From the NCBI GenBank assembly GCA_040901795.1, contig JBBDYH010000123.1, positions 8,569-72,568 of the forward strand: DNA of 64,000 bases. Reading direction: 5' to 3'. Position numbers and translations under genes: made by a program. How positions within the stretch are numbered: the first letter of the stretch is position 1; every line of letters starts with the position of its first letter. This DNA is from Pirellulales bacterium (lineage in GTDB: Bacteria; Planctomycetota; Planctomycetia; Pirellulales; JALHPA01). The notes beneath the pieces are model-generated. The model ran no database searches. It had not been told where the DNA came from and worked only from the letters and a program-made list of their open reading frames with translations. This document shows, one piece after another, positions 45,037 to 54,320 of this stretch.

Positions 45037-45678
45037 ATGCATCGATCGATCGTCAACGCCGCCGAAGTGCTGTACCGCAACGCAGCAGCGGTGCGCGCCT
45101 TGGAGGGCCGGGAAGTGAACCAGTTTACGCGAGCGCTCGAAGCGCTGGAGCGGCTCGCCGCCGCGATCGACGCGCCGTTGGCAGTGGTCGGAGGGCTGGC
45201 CGGCATTCACCATCGCGCGGTTGTCACAACGCTCGACATCGACGTAGTGGTGCCAGCCGACAAGCTCCACGCCGTGATCACCGAGGCAGCAAAGTCCGGC
45301 CTGACTGTAAAGCGCGTCAGCGATGACGGCTGGCATCGGCTGGCGTTCGCCGATGACGCCGGGGAGGTCGATATCGAAATAGTTCCGGCGGGACAGAAGA
45401 GTCCTCGCGATCCGGCCTATGCTCCCGCCACGCCGAGTCCGCAGGAGTTGGGCGTAGATCGCGGACTGGGTTACGCCTCGTTCGCCGGCTGGGTGGCGCT
45501 CAAGTTGGTGGCCAACCGCGACAAGGATCGCTATCACTTGATTGAGGCGCTCAAGCAGGCGAGTGAGACGGACATTGCCAAGGTCGTGGTACGCCTGCGC
45601 CCGCTGGATCCGTTCTACTTGAAGGAGTTCCAACGCCTCGTTCAAGCGGCGCAGGACGAAAAGCAAGACCAGTGGTAG
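45037..45678 (+). CDS. Hypothetical protein, possible minimal nucleotidyltransferase fold (AbiEii/DUF6036-like, tentative)
   Basis: VVGGLAGIHHRAVVTTLDIDVVVP (GG...DxD pattern) and KLVANRDKDRYHLIEAL. ATG 45037 preferred over TTG 45022. Confidence 0.5.
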   Translation: MHRSIVNAAEVLYRNAAAVRALEGREVNQFTRALEALERLAAAIDAPLAVVGGLAGIHHRAVVTTLDIDVVVPADKLHAVITEAAKSGLTVKRVSDDGWHRLAFADDAGEVDIEIVPAGQKSPRDPAYAPATPSPQELGVDRGLGYASFAGWVALKLVANRDKDRYHLIEALKQASETDIAKVVVRLRPLDPFYLKEFQRLVQAAQDEKQDQW

Positions 45679-45856
45679 TCGCTACGGCCTGAGCAGGTTC
45701 GCAAGCCGCAGCTCAACAACCGACCGGTCGAGATATGCGTCGTCGGCGCGAGGGAAATGTCAGTCGTACTCATGCGTCGATAGGCGATGAACTAAAGTGG
45801 CTGTCCCTCGAAATTATCCCTTCCCGGCCGTCATCTTTCCAGGCCATGCCGCGCAA

Positions 45857-45879
45857 CAAGCTAAAGCTTGAACTCCAAC
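45857..45879 (-). repeat. R23 repeat unit (reverse orientation, exact)
   Basis: CAAGCTAAAGCTTGAACTCCAAC. Confidence 0.9.
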
Positions 45880-45889
45880 GGGAAAACGA

Positions 45890-45919
45890 CCAACGCCACG
45901 GGGGAAACCGTGGCGTTGG
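45890..45919 (-). terminator. Intrinsic-terminator-like hairpin downstream of the DUF1111 gene
   Basis: Perfect 12-bp stem CCAACGCCACGG / CCGTGGCGTTGG with loop GGGAAA. On the minus strand it is followed by TCGTTTTCC. Confidence 0.6.
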
Positions 45920-45957
45920 AGAGCGAATACTATCGGCGGTCACGTCACCAAAAGCGG

Positions 45958-47721
45958 TTATCGCGCGGCGACCAAAGTCTCTGGCGCCCGGAGCGATTTG
46001 AGGAACGCCAGCACTTGCATGCGTTCTTCGGGTTTGATCTCGAAGAACCGCTGGGCAGAGCGCGCTGCTTCGCCGCCGTGCAGCGCGATTGCCTGCTCCA
46101 GCGTGTCAGCTCGACCATCGTGCAGGTAAGGCCCCGAATCACGCACGCCCCACAGCGGCGGCGTCCGCCACTCTTGCCGCAAGGCGCCGATGGTGTTCTG
46201 GCGATCGACCTTCGCGACGCCACCGCTGCCGATGCCGCCGAAAATGCCGTGCTGCTGAGCCAGGCTTGGAATTGGCTCGTCGCTCCCTTCCTCAGGCGAA
46301 TTGGGGATGAAGGTGCCATACGACCCTGTGTCGCCGAGATCCTGACCCATATCGTGCAACAAGAGATCGCTGTAAACGCCCTTCGCGTTGCCCAGCTCCT
46401 GGGTATGACACGTGGCGCACCCAACGGCTTTGAACGTGGCTTCGCCGGCTGCCAGGTATTCGGCTTCCTGCTTACCGGCCGGCTTGGCGCGCTCGGGCGC
46501 CGGCAGACGCTTCAGGTAATCGACCAAAGCGTTGCACTCCTCCTTGCTCATGTCGTGGCCGGAGGACTTGTAGTCCTTGTTGTGCGGCAGGCCGGCTTGC
46601 GGATGGTCGGGCACGTCCAGACCAAGCTCGACCGCGCAGGCCGTCATGGCGAAGTCATACAACGTCGCCGTCTGGTTCTTCCAGCCGAAACGCCCAATCC
46701 GACCGTCCTTCAACTTGGCGATGCGGCCTTGCACTTCGGGGAAATCCTTGTGCTTTTTCTGAGCGTTTTCCTTGATCGCTTCGACCGGTATCGAGTCGAT
46801 CAAACCGGCGCCGTAAAGCGCTGTCGGATTTCGCTGCGAACTGAGGAAGACGAAGTTGCCGATGTGCGCCTGCGGACTACTACGGAAGAGCTGCACATCA
46901 TTGCGGTGTTGCTGAATGAGCTGCTGCGCCAACTGGTTACGGGCCGCTTGGGCGGCGGATTCCTGAAGTGGTGGAGTTGTCACCTCGACTTCAGCCGCCT
47001 GGACCGCGACCTCGACGGCCTCGGTGACAGTGAACGTGGTTGCTGGCGCCGCATCAAGAATTAAGTCGCCCTGCAGCACTGCGCCCCCGTCGACCTCGAC
47101 AGCGTGAAACACCATCTGCCCTTGCCCCTTCATCTGCAGCCTCCAGGCATCGTACGCCGGATCGGTGCTCGACTTATGTAACACGACGCTGCGTGCATTG
47201 ACGAAGCCCGGATGGATTGTCTCCAATTCCTTCTTCTGCTTCTTGGCCAGCTCCTTGGGATCCATTGCACCGGCTTTAACAGACTGAACCGTTGCATCCG
47301 TGACTTGGACAGCGCTGCCGCCAAAGCCGCCAAACATCGCGCGGAACATCGCCTCCGGCAGCGTCGCCGGCGCGGGACCAAAAGGATCGCTGTCTGCAAC
47401 GTTCGAAAACACGGAGATTACATCGACGTTTTTGCTGGCCGGTCCACCGCCGCCAACGCCCCCTTGGTTATGGCACGCGACACACGAGGTGTCATTGAAT
47501 ACTGGCCCCAGCCCGTCGCCCCGACCGGCGCGAGCATCTTTGGGCAGCCACTCGCGATTGAAGATTTCAGCCCCATCCGCTTTGGCGGTCTTCGCTGTCT
47601 GGTTCGCCTGCTTGGCGCCGGCTTCCTCCGTAGCGGCCGCCGAGTACGCCCAACCCGCCAGGCCCACGATTGCCACGACCGCCGCAGACATTTCCCATCC
47701 ACGCACGCGCAAGGTTCTCAT
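45958..47721 (-). CDS. Di-haem cytochrome c, DUF1111 (thiol oxidoreductase/peroxidase-like) family
   Basis: Signal peptide and two CxxCH motifs (CVACH, CATCH). 587 aa. Confidence 0.8.
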   Translation of the reverse strand: MRTLRVRGWEMSAAVVAIVGLAGWAYSAAATEEAGAKQANQTAKTAKADGAEIFNREWLPKDARAGRGDGLGPVFNDTSCVACHNQGGVGGGGPASKNVDVISVFSNVADSDPFGPAPATLPEAMFRAMFGGFGGSAVQVTDATVQSVKAGAMDPKELAKKQKKELETIHPGFVNARSVVLHKSSTDPAYDAWRLQMKGQGQMVFHAVEVDGGAVLQGDLILDAAPATTFTVTEAVEVAVQAAEVEVTTPPLQESAAQAARNQLAQQLIQQHRNDVQLFRSSPQAHIGNFVFLSSQRNPTALYGAGLIDSIPVEAIKENAQKKHKDFPEVQGRIAKLKDGRIGRFGWKNQTATLYDFAMTACAVELGLDVPDHPQAGLPHNKDYKSSGHDMSKEECNALVDYLKRLPAPERAKPAGKQEAEYLAAGEATFKAVGCATCHTQELGNAKGVYSDLLLHDMGQDLGDTGSYGTFIPNSPEEGSDEPIPSLAQQHGIFGGIGSGGVAKVDRQNTIGALRQEWRTPPLWGVRDSGPYLHDGRADTLEQAIALHGGEAARSAQRFFEIKPEERMQVLAFLKSLRAPETLVAAR

Positions 47722-47894
47722 AATCGGCCTCCCCTCAAGATACGAGGAACGAAAAGACGTTCACGCTCCGACGCGCGGTCAATATACCGCAGCCGAGTTG
47801 TAATCTGCAACAAAACTTACGCGGCCAACGCGCCAAAGGTTTCCATGCCACGCAGCGTGGCGATGTGGTCTTCAACAGGCTACCGCCGGGTCGC

Positions 47895-47995
47895 GTAGAG
47901 CCGGGTAGGGCGGGCCGAGTCCGCCCTTCGATCTGCTCAGGGTGGGCTGAGCGTGTCGAAGCCCGCGGGGCCCACGCGCTTACTTCGCCCACCAC
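47895..47995. repeat. GTAG-headed GC-rich hairpin repeats
   Basis: GTAG at 47895 and 47905. GGGCGG-GCCGAGT-CCGCCC (47908-47926). GGTGGGC...GCCCACC motifs related to 18090-18175. Confidence 0.75.
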
Positions 47996-48006
47996 ACGCT
48001 TCTTAA

Positions 48007-48489
48007 TCACCGCCGGGCCGCGTAGAGTTCCGCGAATTCGAGCACCCAGGCGTCGACCAGCTCCTCGAATCGCTCGAGATCGACTTCATTGAGCAACTGG
48101 TAGTGGGAGCGGTTGAAGACTTCCTTGTTGCGAATTGCACCGCGGGCGGTAATTTCCAGAACCTTCGCAGTCGTGAATGGCCGGACAGCGATCTCCAGGC
48201 GGCTGAAAACGTTGCCGCGGCGCGCGGCGCCGAAGTCCGCGTCGTCGCGATTCACAGCAGCACCCCAGCCGCGGTCGCTGGTCACTCGCTCGAACTGAAA
48301 GCCGGGCAGGTGTCCCGGCAGCCGCGCCAGACAGCGCTCGACGTGTTCAGAGAGCTGCAACCGGTATTGGGAATGGAGCCGGCGGAGTTGCTCCTCATTC
48401 ATCGCCTCCGTCCGCGCCGCCTGCTCTTTGTTCTCGGCGATTTTTCCGCCGCGGTCGATGGCTCGTTGTAATCGCTCGTCGAAGTTCAT
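48007..48489 (-). CDS. Hypothetical protein (160 aa) downstream of tex
   Basis: ATG 48489 (MNFDERLQRAIDRGG...) lies 16 nt after the tex stop. The track start 48633 overlaps tex. No motif recognised. Confidence 0.55.
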   Translation of the reverse strand: MNFDERLQRAIDRGGKIAENKEQAARTEAMNEEQLRRLHSQYRLQLSEHVERCLARLPGHLPGFQFERVTSDRGWGAAVNRDDADFGAARRGNVFSRLEIAVRPFTTAKVLEITARGAIRNKEVFNRSHYQLLNEVDLERFEELVDAWVLEFAELYAARR

Positions 48490-48505
48490 GAGAGCACGCC
48501 AGCAC

Positions 48506-51500
48506 TCACGGCGTGGAGGTTTGACCCGCCTGAGCCTCTGCGACCGACTCCGACGCCGGCTCACCGTTGGCGGCGCCTGGAGGGGTAGATGATGCGACCA
48601 GAGACGACTGCTGTGGTTCGGATCGTGTCGCATCTGCCGTCGACGACGCTGGCGACGCCTGTGACACCGGCGACGTTGAGGCCGCAGTGGTTTGTGCCGA
48701 GTCGATTTCGGCGGGCGTCGTAGGCCGTCCGGCGGTATCGGCCGCCGTAGCCACGTCTTGCTTCTCTTTTTGCTGCTCGCCCGACTCGGGGCTTTGCTTA
48801 ACCTTGACGAACTGCATCAGGTCGCCAAACGTACGCATCGGCTCTTTGCCTTCGATCATCTTTTTGGTGATCGGGGGCAACGGCTTGGCGGGCGGCTTTG
48901 GTCGATGTTGAAAGGGGCGCCCTTGACCGCCTTCCGAGCCGCCTCGCGATCGTCCGCCGTCCCCCCTCCCGCCGCCGTAAGGACGAAGATGCGCAGGTGG
49001 AGCACCGCGTCGACCGCCGCGATCACCCTGCTGCGGACGCCCTTGCGGTGGCCCGCCTGGAGCTGGCTGCGGCCGTGGCGGTCGCCCTTCAGTGCCCGCG
49101 GGCCGCGGCGGTCGCGCGCCGCCTTGCTGCTCGGTATGCGGCCGCGGAGGACGTCCTTCGCCCGCGGCGGCCGGTTGTCCTGGCGGCCGACGTTCCGGTT
49201 TGCCGCGGCGGAAATGCGGCTCGGGCTTTTTCGTGCCCGGCGGTATCATGGTCAGCGACACGCGACGCCGGCTCTTGTCGATTTCCAGCACCCAGACCTT
49301 GACGATGTCGCCCACCGACACAACGTCGTGCGGATCGCGCACATAGCGATTGGCGAGCTGGCTGACATGCACCAGACCGCTGTCGTGCAGCCCGATATCG
49401 ACGAAGGCGCCAAAATCGACCACGTTGAGCACTGAACCGGAAAGCTCCATGCCCGGCTGCAGATCTTCGAGTTTGAGGATGCCGCGCTTAAAGATCGGCT
49501 CGGGAAGGTCCTCGCGCGGGTCGCGGCCGGGGCGCGCGAACTGGCTGACGATGTCACCCAGCGTCATCTGGCCCACCTGCAACTCGTCGGCAAGCGTCCT
49601 GGTGTCGAGCGCCTTGACCTGTTCGCCCAGTTCGGCTGCCGTTTCCTTGTTGCTCAGATCAACTTCCGACCGGCCAATGCGGTTCAGGACCTTGTGGGCG
49701 ACTTCGTAACTCTCAGGATGAATCCACGTGCCGTCGAGCGGTTGTTCCCCGCCTGTGAGCTTCAAGAAGCCGGCGGCCTGCACAAAAGTTGCTTCGCCGA
49801 AGCCGGGCACTTCCTTGAGTTGGTCGCGCCGCTGAAAGGGCCCGTTTTTCGTCCGATAGTCGTACAGCCGCCGCGCGGTAAGCTGGTTGAGACCGGATAC
49901 ATAGCGCAGCAGCGCGGGACTGGCGGTATTCAGATCAACGCCGACATAGTTGACGCAAGATTCGACCACGGCGTCCAAGGACGTGCGCAAGTGTTTGGCC
50001 TTCACGTCGTGCTGGTACAGTCCCACGCCGATGTTCGCCGGGTCGATCTTGACCAGCTCACTCAGCGGATCTTGCAGACGGCGGCCGATAGAAATGGCGC
50101 CGCGCAATGTGGCGTCGTATTGCGGCAGCTCTTCGCGACCGAGTGGGCTGGTGGAATAAACACTCGCGCCGGCCTCGTTGACGATCACATACGCCGCCCC
50201 TTCGTCCTTCAGGTCGGTCGAGAGGATGTCGGCCACAAACTCTTCGGTTTCGCGGCAGGCGGTGCCATTGCCAATCGCCAGAACCTTGACGCTGTGATTG
50301 CGGATCAGCTCGATCAGTCGGGCGCGCGCCTCCTGCTTTCGTTCAGCTTTGCCGATCAAATGCACCACCACATGATCGAGCAGGTTGCCAAACTCGTCGA
50401 GGATCGCGACCTTGCAACCGCTCTTGAAACCCGGATCGAGCGCCATCACGCGGCGGCCGCGAACCGGCGGCTGCAGCAGCAGATTCCGCAGGTTCTTGGC
50501 AAAGACCTCGACAGCATGAGTCTCGGCGTTCTCGGTAAGCTCGCGGCGAATCTCGCGTTCCAGGCTCGGAATGACGAGCCGCTGGAGCGCATCGCGGGCA
50601 CAGCCACGCAGGAACTCCGCGTGTGGATGGTCCTGGGCGATTAGCATCTCCTCGGCCACGCGCGTCATCTCCGCGGTGTCCGACTCGATTTTCACGCGGA
50701 GGATCTTTGCCCGCTCGCCGCGGTTGATGGCCAGAATGCGGTGTGGAGGGATGCGCGAAAGCTGTTCTTGGTAGCTGAAGTAATCGCGGAACTCGTGGCT
50801 GAGCCGGTCCTGCTGTTTGGCTTTTTTCGCTTCGCGCTCGCGGCGCGCGGCCTCTTTGCGCGAGACGGACGCCGCCAGCGGCGCGCCTGTCGCGGCATGC
50901 GCGACTCCGCCGGGTGGCGCTGCGCGCGATGGATCCAAAGTCGTTTCTAGCGCCGTCTGCACGCTTTCACCCGCTGGTCCGGCGGCCACGGCGCCGGCAT
51001 CGCCGGGCTGCACGGTCTCGGAGAGCGCCTCGGCCAAGGGTGTCGTTGATGGACTTGCCGGTTCGGCGGTTGTCGTACTCGGATCGAATGGAGCTTCTGT
51101 CGCAATCGGAGTTGGCTCTGCGGCAGATTCCACCGCTGGTGGCAACGCCGCTTCTGCCGACTCACCGACGTCGCCCGTGGCGTGCGACTCCTCGACCGAC
51201 GGCGACGGAGCGATTGCGCCGTCTGCCAGAGGAGTTGTTTGCGGAGCCGTTGTATCTGTGACAGCTTCTCTGTCCGAAGACACGCTCGGCGGCTGTGACT
51301 TGTCCGGCGCGGCAGACGGCTGCACCGCCGAAACGCCGCGCAGCTCCTGCGATTTCTTGTTTTTCTCTTCCGGCTCGATCCGCGTGCTCACCAGCTTGCC
51401 GGATTTCTTGAGAATTTTCCGCAGCCGGTCGCGGAGATCCGCCCGCTCGCTGAAATCTTCCGCCAGGATGTGACCCACACCCAACAGCGCATCGGCCGCA

Positions 51501-51973
51501 GTATGGACCTGTTTGTCCGGGTTGACGAAGTCGCGCGCCCGCGCGTCGAGATCCAGCGCGGTTGGGCTGGCGCTGGCGATCTCCGCGGCCAACGGCTCGA
51601 GCTGCCGTTCGCGCGCCAATGTGGCGAGCGATTGCTTCTTCGGCTTGAAGGGCAGATACAGATCTTCAAGCCGCTTGGTGCTATCGGCGTCGTGGATTGC
51701 CTTGGCCAGGTCCGGCGTCAGCTTGCCCTGGCTGTCGATCGAACGCAGGATCGTCTGCTTGCGCTCGGCCAGCATCCGCAGCCTGGCGACGCGCGCCTCG
51801 ACGTGCCGGATTTGCTCTTCGTCCAAGCCACCGGTCTGATCCTTACGGTATCGTGTGACGAAGGGGACGGTATTGCCCGCATCCAACAAACGCACGACAG
51901 TCTCGACGCTCGCCAGCGGCAGAGACAGGCCATGGGCCACGGGCGCAAGATCGATAGTAGTGGTAAAGCCCAT
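48506..51973 (-). CDS. tex: Tex-like transcription accessory protein (S1 domain) with a large internal insert and a long disordered C-terminal tail
   Basis: NTVPFVTRYRKDQTGGLDEEQIR, YqgF/HhH regions and an S1 domain (ELSGSVLNVVDFGAFVDIG). 1155 aa versus about 750 expected from memory of the family. Confidence 0.9.
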   Translation of the reverse strand: MGFTTTIDLAPVAHGLSLPLASVETVVRLLDAGNTVPFVTRYRKDQTGGLDEEQIRHVEARVARLRMLAERKQTILRSIDSQGKLTPDLAKAIHDADSTKRLEDLYLPFKPKKQSLATLARERQLEPLAAEIASASPTALDLDARARDFVNPDKQVHTAADALLGVGHILAEDFSERADLRDRLRKILKKSGKLVSTRIEPEEKNKKSQELRGVSAVQPSAAPDKSQPPSVSSDREAVTDTTAPQTTPLADGAIAPSPSVEESHATGDVGESAEAALPPAVESAAEPTPIATEAPFDPSTTTAEPASPSTTPLAEALSETVQPGDAGAVAAGPAGESVQTALETTLDPSRAAPPGGVAHAATGAPLAASVSRKEAARREREAKKAKQQDRLSHEFRDYFSYQEQLSRIPPHRILAINRGERAKILRVKIESDTAEMTRVAEEMLIAQDHPHAEFLRGCARDALQRLVIPSLEREIRRELTENAETHAVEVFAKNLRNLLLQPPVRGRRVMALDPGFKSGCKVAILDEFGNLLDHVVVHLIGKAERKQEARARLIELIRNHSVKVLAIGNGTACRETEEFVADILSTDLKDEGAAYVIVNEAGASVYSTSPLGREELPQYDATLRGAISIGRRLQDPLSELVKIDPANIGVGLYQHDVKAKHLRTSLDAVVESCVNYVGVDLNTASPALLRYVSGLNQLTARRLYDYRTKNGPFQRRDQLKEVPGFGEATFVQAAGFLKLTGGEQPLDGTWIHPESYEVAHKVLNRIGRSEVDLSNKETAAELGEQVKALDTRTLADELQVGQMTLGDIVSQFARPGRDPREDLPEPIFKRGILKLEDLQPGMELSGSVLNVVDFGAFVDIGLHDSGLVHVSQLANRYVRDPHDVVSVGDIVKVWVLEIDKSRRRVSLTMIPPGTKKPEPHFRRGKPERRPPGQPAAAGEGRPPRPHTEQQGGARPPRPAGTEGRPPRPQPAPGGPPQGRPQQGDRGGRRGAPPAHLRPYGGGRGDGGRSRGGSEGGQGRPFQHRPKPPAKPLPPITKKMIEGKEPMRTFGDLMQFVKVKQSPESGEQQKEKQDVATAADTAGRPTTPAEIDSAQTTAASTSPVSQASPASSTADATRSEPQQSSLVASSTPPGAANGEPASESVAEAQAGQTSTP

Positions 51974-52328
51974 GCCGCACGTGATAACCAGATCCTCGGT
52001 GTCACTGCGAAGGCGCCCTCTGGGGCACGATGCCGAAGATCGACCGAAAGCCGGAAAGATTGCTCGTGGTTCGACTTAGTTCCTGATCCGGCAATCTACG
52101 CCGAGTGATAGCGCGTTGTCAAGAATCGCTGCTAGCATGCCCTGGCCGAAAAAAACCGCACGCCCAGACAAATAGAGCAAACCTGCACCACTCCGGCTGC
52201 CGATACCAACGGACAAGCAACAGGGTGGGCTGTACTGCGCATGCCGGCGACGGCCTGCGCACCCGTGCAGGGGTGAACCGCTTGCGGAACGTCTGCCGGG
52301 CGAGTCTCTCGACGTAAGGAAGCGTGCC

Positions 52329-52571
52329 ATGCGAAGTCGGCTGCGAGTTTATTACGGCCCCTCTTCTGAATCGCGCGTCAACACGGTCACGTCCCGCAAT
52401 CGTAACGAGACGGTGACCATCCCCCTCGGCGAAGTCCTGCCCATGCTGGCCGACGCGGTGCAAAGCAACCGCACCTGGCTGGGTGATTTCACCAACGACG
52501 ACGTGACGATCTCCAGCGACCTGTACGAAGTGATTTTGGCGTACCAGCACTATCGGCGGCCGTCGGCTTGA
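52329..52571 (+). CDS. Small hypothetical protein (80 aa)
   Basis: ATG start. Non-repetitive, balanced composition. No motif recognised. Confidence 0.45.
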   Translation: MRSRLRVYYGPSSESRVNTVTSRNRNETVTIPLGEVLPMLADAVQSNRTWLGDFTNDDVTISSDLYEVILAYQHYRRPSA

Positions 52572-52573
52572 TA

Positions 52574-52998
52574 GGGTTCAGGTTGGAGTTCAGCCTTTAG
52601 GCTGTGCCGACCCGCCGCGGCGGGAACTCCAACGTCGGGGTTCAGGGTCTGGCCTGCCACGAGTTAATTCGAGTGGGGTCCAGTAGCCGTAGTGGACCGT
52701 CGAACCGAATTGGTGGGCCACGCTGAACCGGAGTAGCCCCGGAGGGGCGACATTCTGTAGCGGGGGCGCGAGCCCCCGGAATCGGTCGGCGCGAAAGTTA
52801 CGAAGCCCCGTAGGGGCGGCATTGTTTTGACAGCCGCCGTATCTTTCGTTGGCTTTCGCCATTGACTGGTCAACTAGCGCCGTCAACCGGGGCCATTCTT
52901 GCCTTTCGGCTACATAGCCGCTTGGACTATACTTGCGCAGAATTCGTAGCCGAACTCGCCAGAGTTCGGGAATGCCTGAATTCTGGCGAATCAGCTAC
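52574..52998. repeat. BIME-like mosaic of at least four repeat families
   Basis: GGGTTCAG heptamers. R23 composite at 52582-52633. GTAG heads at 52683, 52689, 52733, 52757 and 52810, the last three followed by a hairpin (e.g. CGGGGGC-GCGA-GCCCCCG at 52761-52778). 53-nt GTAG/CTAC element at 52946-52998. Confidence 0.85.
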
Positions 52999-53035
52999 AC
53001 CCTCCAATGTCCTGAACCTTGTTTGCCGACGAGTC

Positions 53036-54157
53036 GTGTCCGAAGTTAACACCGCGCACCTGATCGATCCCGAGCCGGATCCCGAGTCCGATGGACTCGC
53101 GCCGGTCGCCGCGGCGACTCGCGCGAACAACGCCGACTTGATCACGCAGATCAAGGAATCGGCCGACAAGCTCGCCCACGATCAGACCACGCGGGGCGAT
53201 CTGAAGATTCTCAGCCGCACGCTCCGCGAGCTCCGCTACGCCTTCAAGGTCTTTCGCCCGTACCGCTCGAAGCGGAAGGTGACGATGTTCGGTTCGGCGC
53301 GGACTCCCTCCGGCCATCCGTACTACGATCAGGCAGTCGAGTTCGGACGCGCCATGGCGGAGCTCGGCTGGCTGATCGTCACCGGCGCTTCCAGCGGCAT
53401 CATGGAGGCGGGCCACGTCGGCGCCGGCCGCGAGAGCTCGATGGGTATCAACATCATGCTCCCCTTCGAGCAGGGCTCAAACGCGATCATCGCCGGCGAT
53501 CCGAAGCTGGTGCACATGAAGTACTTCTTCACGCGGAAGCTGATGTTCGTCAAGGAGTGCGACGCCTTGTGCCTTTGCCCCGGCGGCTTTGGCACGCTCG
53601 ACGAAGCGACCGAAGTGCTCACGCTGCTGCAAACCGGCAAGCGCGACCTGGTGCCGGTGGTCTTTCTCGATTCCCCCGGTGGCGACTTCTGGGATTTATT
53701 TCAGAAGTTCATCCAAGACCGCTTGTTGGCCCGCGGCATGATTTCGCCGGAAGATCAGTCGCTGTATCTGATGACCGACAGCTTACAGGCGGCGGTGCAG
53801 GAGATCGTCGGCTTCTATCGCATTTACCACAGCATGCGGTATGTGCGCGACGAACTGGTGTTTCGCCTGACGCAGAAGCCTTCCGCGGAGCTCGTCGAGC
53901 GGATCAACGAAAACTTCGCCGACGTTTTGGCGGCCGGCAAGTTTATCGCGAGCGAGGCTCTCCGCGAGGAACAGGACGAGCCAGCGCTCATCGCGCTGCC
54001 GCGCCTGGTGTTTCACTTCGACCGCCGCAGCCTCGGCCGGCTCCGACAGCTCGTCGATTTCATCAACCGCGAGTCCCCCGCCACGCCGCCTTTGCCTGGC
54101 GTTGGCGCCAATCACCAGCCGATTCTCAAACCGCCCGCCCAGAACAACCGCCGTTGA
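53036..54157 (+). CDS. LOG-family (TIGR00730-type Rossmann fold) protein
   Basis: Motifs VTMFGSARTP, TGASSGIMEAG and PGGFGTLDE. There is no ATG before the domain. GTG 53036 is chosen because the track start TTG 52862 would translate a repeat copy. Confidence 0.85.
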   Translation: MSEVNTAHLIDPEPDPESDGLAPVAAATRANNADLITQIKESADKLAHDQTTRGDLKILSRTLRELRYAFKVFRPYRSKRKVTMFGSARTPSGHPYYDQAVEFGRAMAELGWLIVTGASSGIMEAGHVGAGRESSMGINIMLPFEQGSNAIIAGDPKLVHMKYFFTRKLMFVKECDALCLCPGGFGTLDEATEVLTLLQTGKRDLVPVVFLDSPGGDFWDLFQKFIQDRLLARGMISPEDQSLYLMTDSLQAAVQEIVGFYRIYHSMRYVRDELVFRLTQKPSAELVERINENFADVLAAGKFIASEALREEQDEPALIALPRLVFHFDRRSLGRLRQLVDFINRESPATPPLPGVGANHQPILKPPAQNNRR

Positions 54158-54195
54158 GGCCCGGGTGCCACTCGCCGCGGCGAGTGTTTGGCCCG

Positions 54196-54320
54196 GTGTC
54201 TGGTGGCCTGGTGTCTGGTGGCCTGATGAGGAGGAGGGTTCGAGGTTCCAGGTAAAGGTTCAAGGTAAAGGTTCAAGGTTCAAGGTTCAAGGTTCAAGGT
54301 TCAAGGTTCGGGGTTCGGGG
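54196..54320 (+). repeat. Microsatellite mosaic: 15-mer x2, 13-mer x2, heptamers x6
   Basis: GTGTCTGGTGGCCTG x2 (54196-54225), GGTAAAGGTTCAA x2 (54251-54276), GGTTCAA x4 (54277-54304), GGTTCGG x2 (54305-54318). Confidence 0.9.

Noticed and set aside
45868-47064. 398-aa ORF antisense to the DUF1111 cytochrome gene
   Set aside because: Same reasoning. The minus-strand frame carries the signal peptide and two CxxCH motifs.
52862-53035. TTG-start extension of the LOG-family gene
   Set aside because: It would translate a copy of the 53-nt GTAG/CTAC palindromic repeat (52946-52998) that is intergenic at its other locus.
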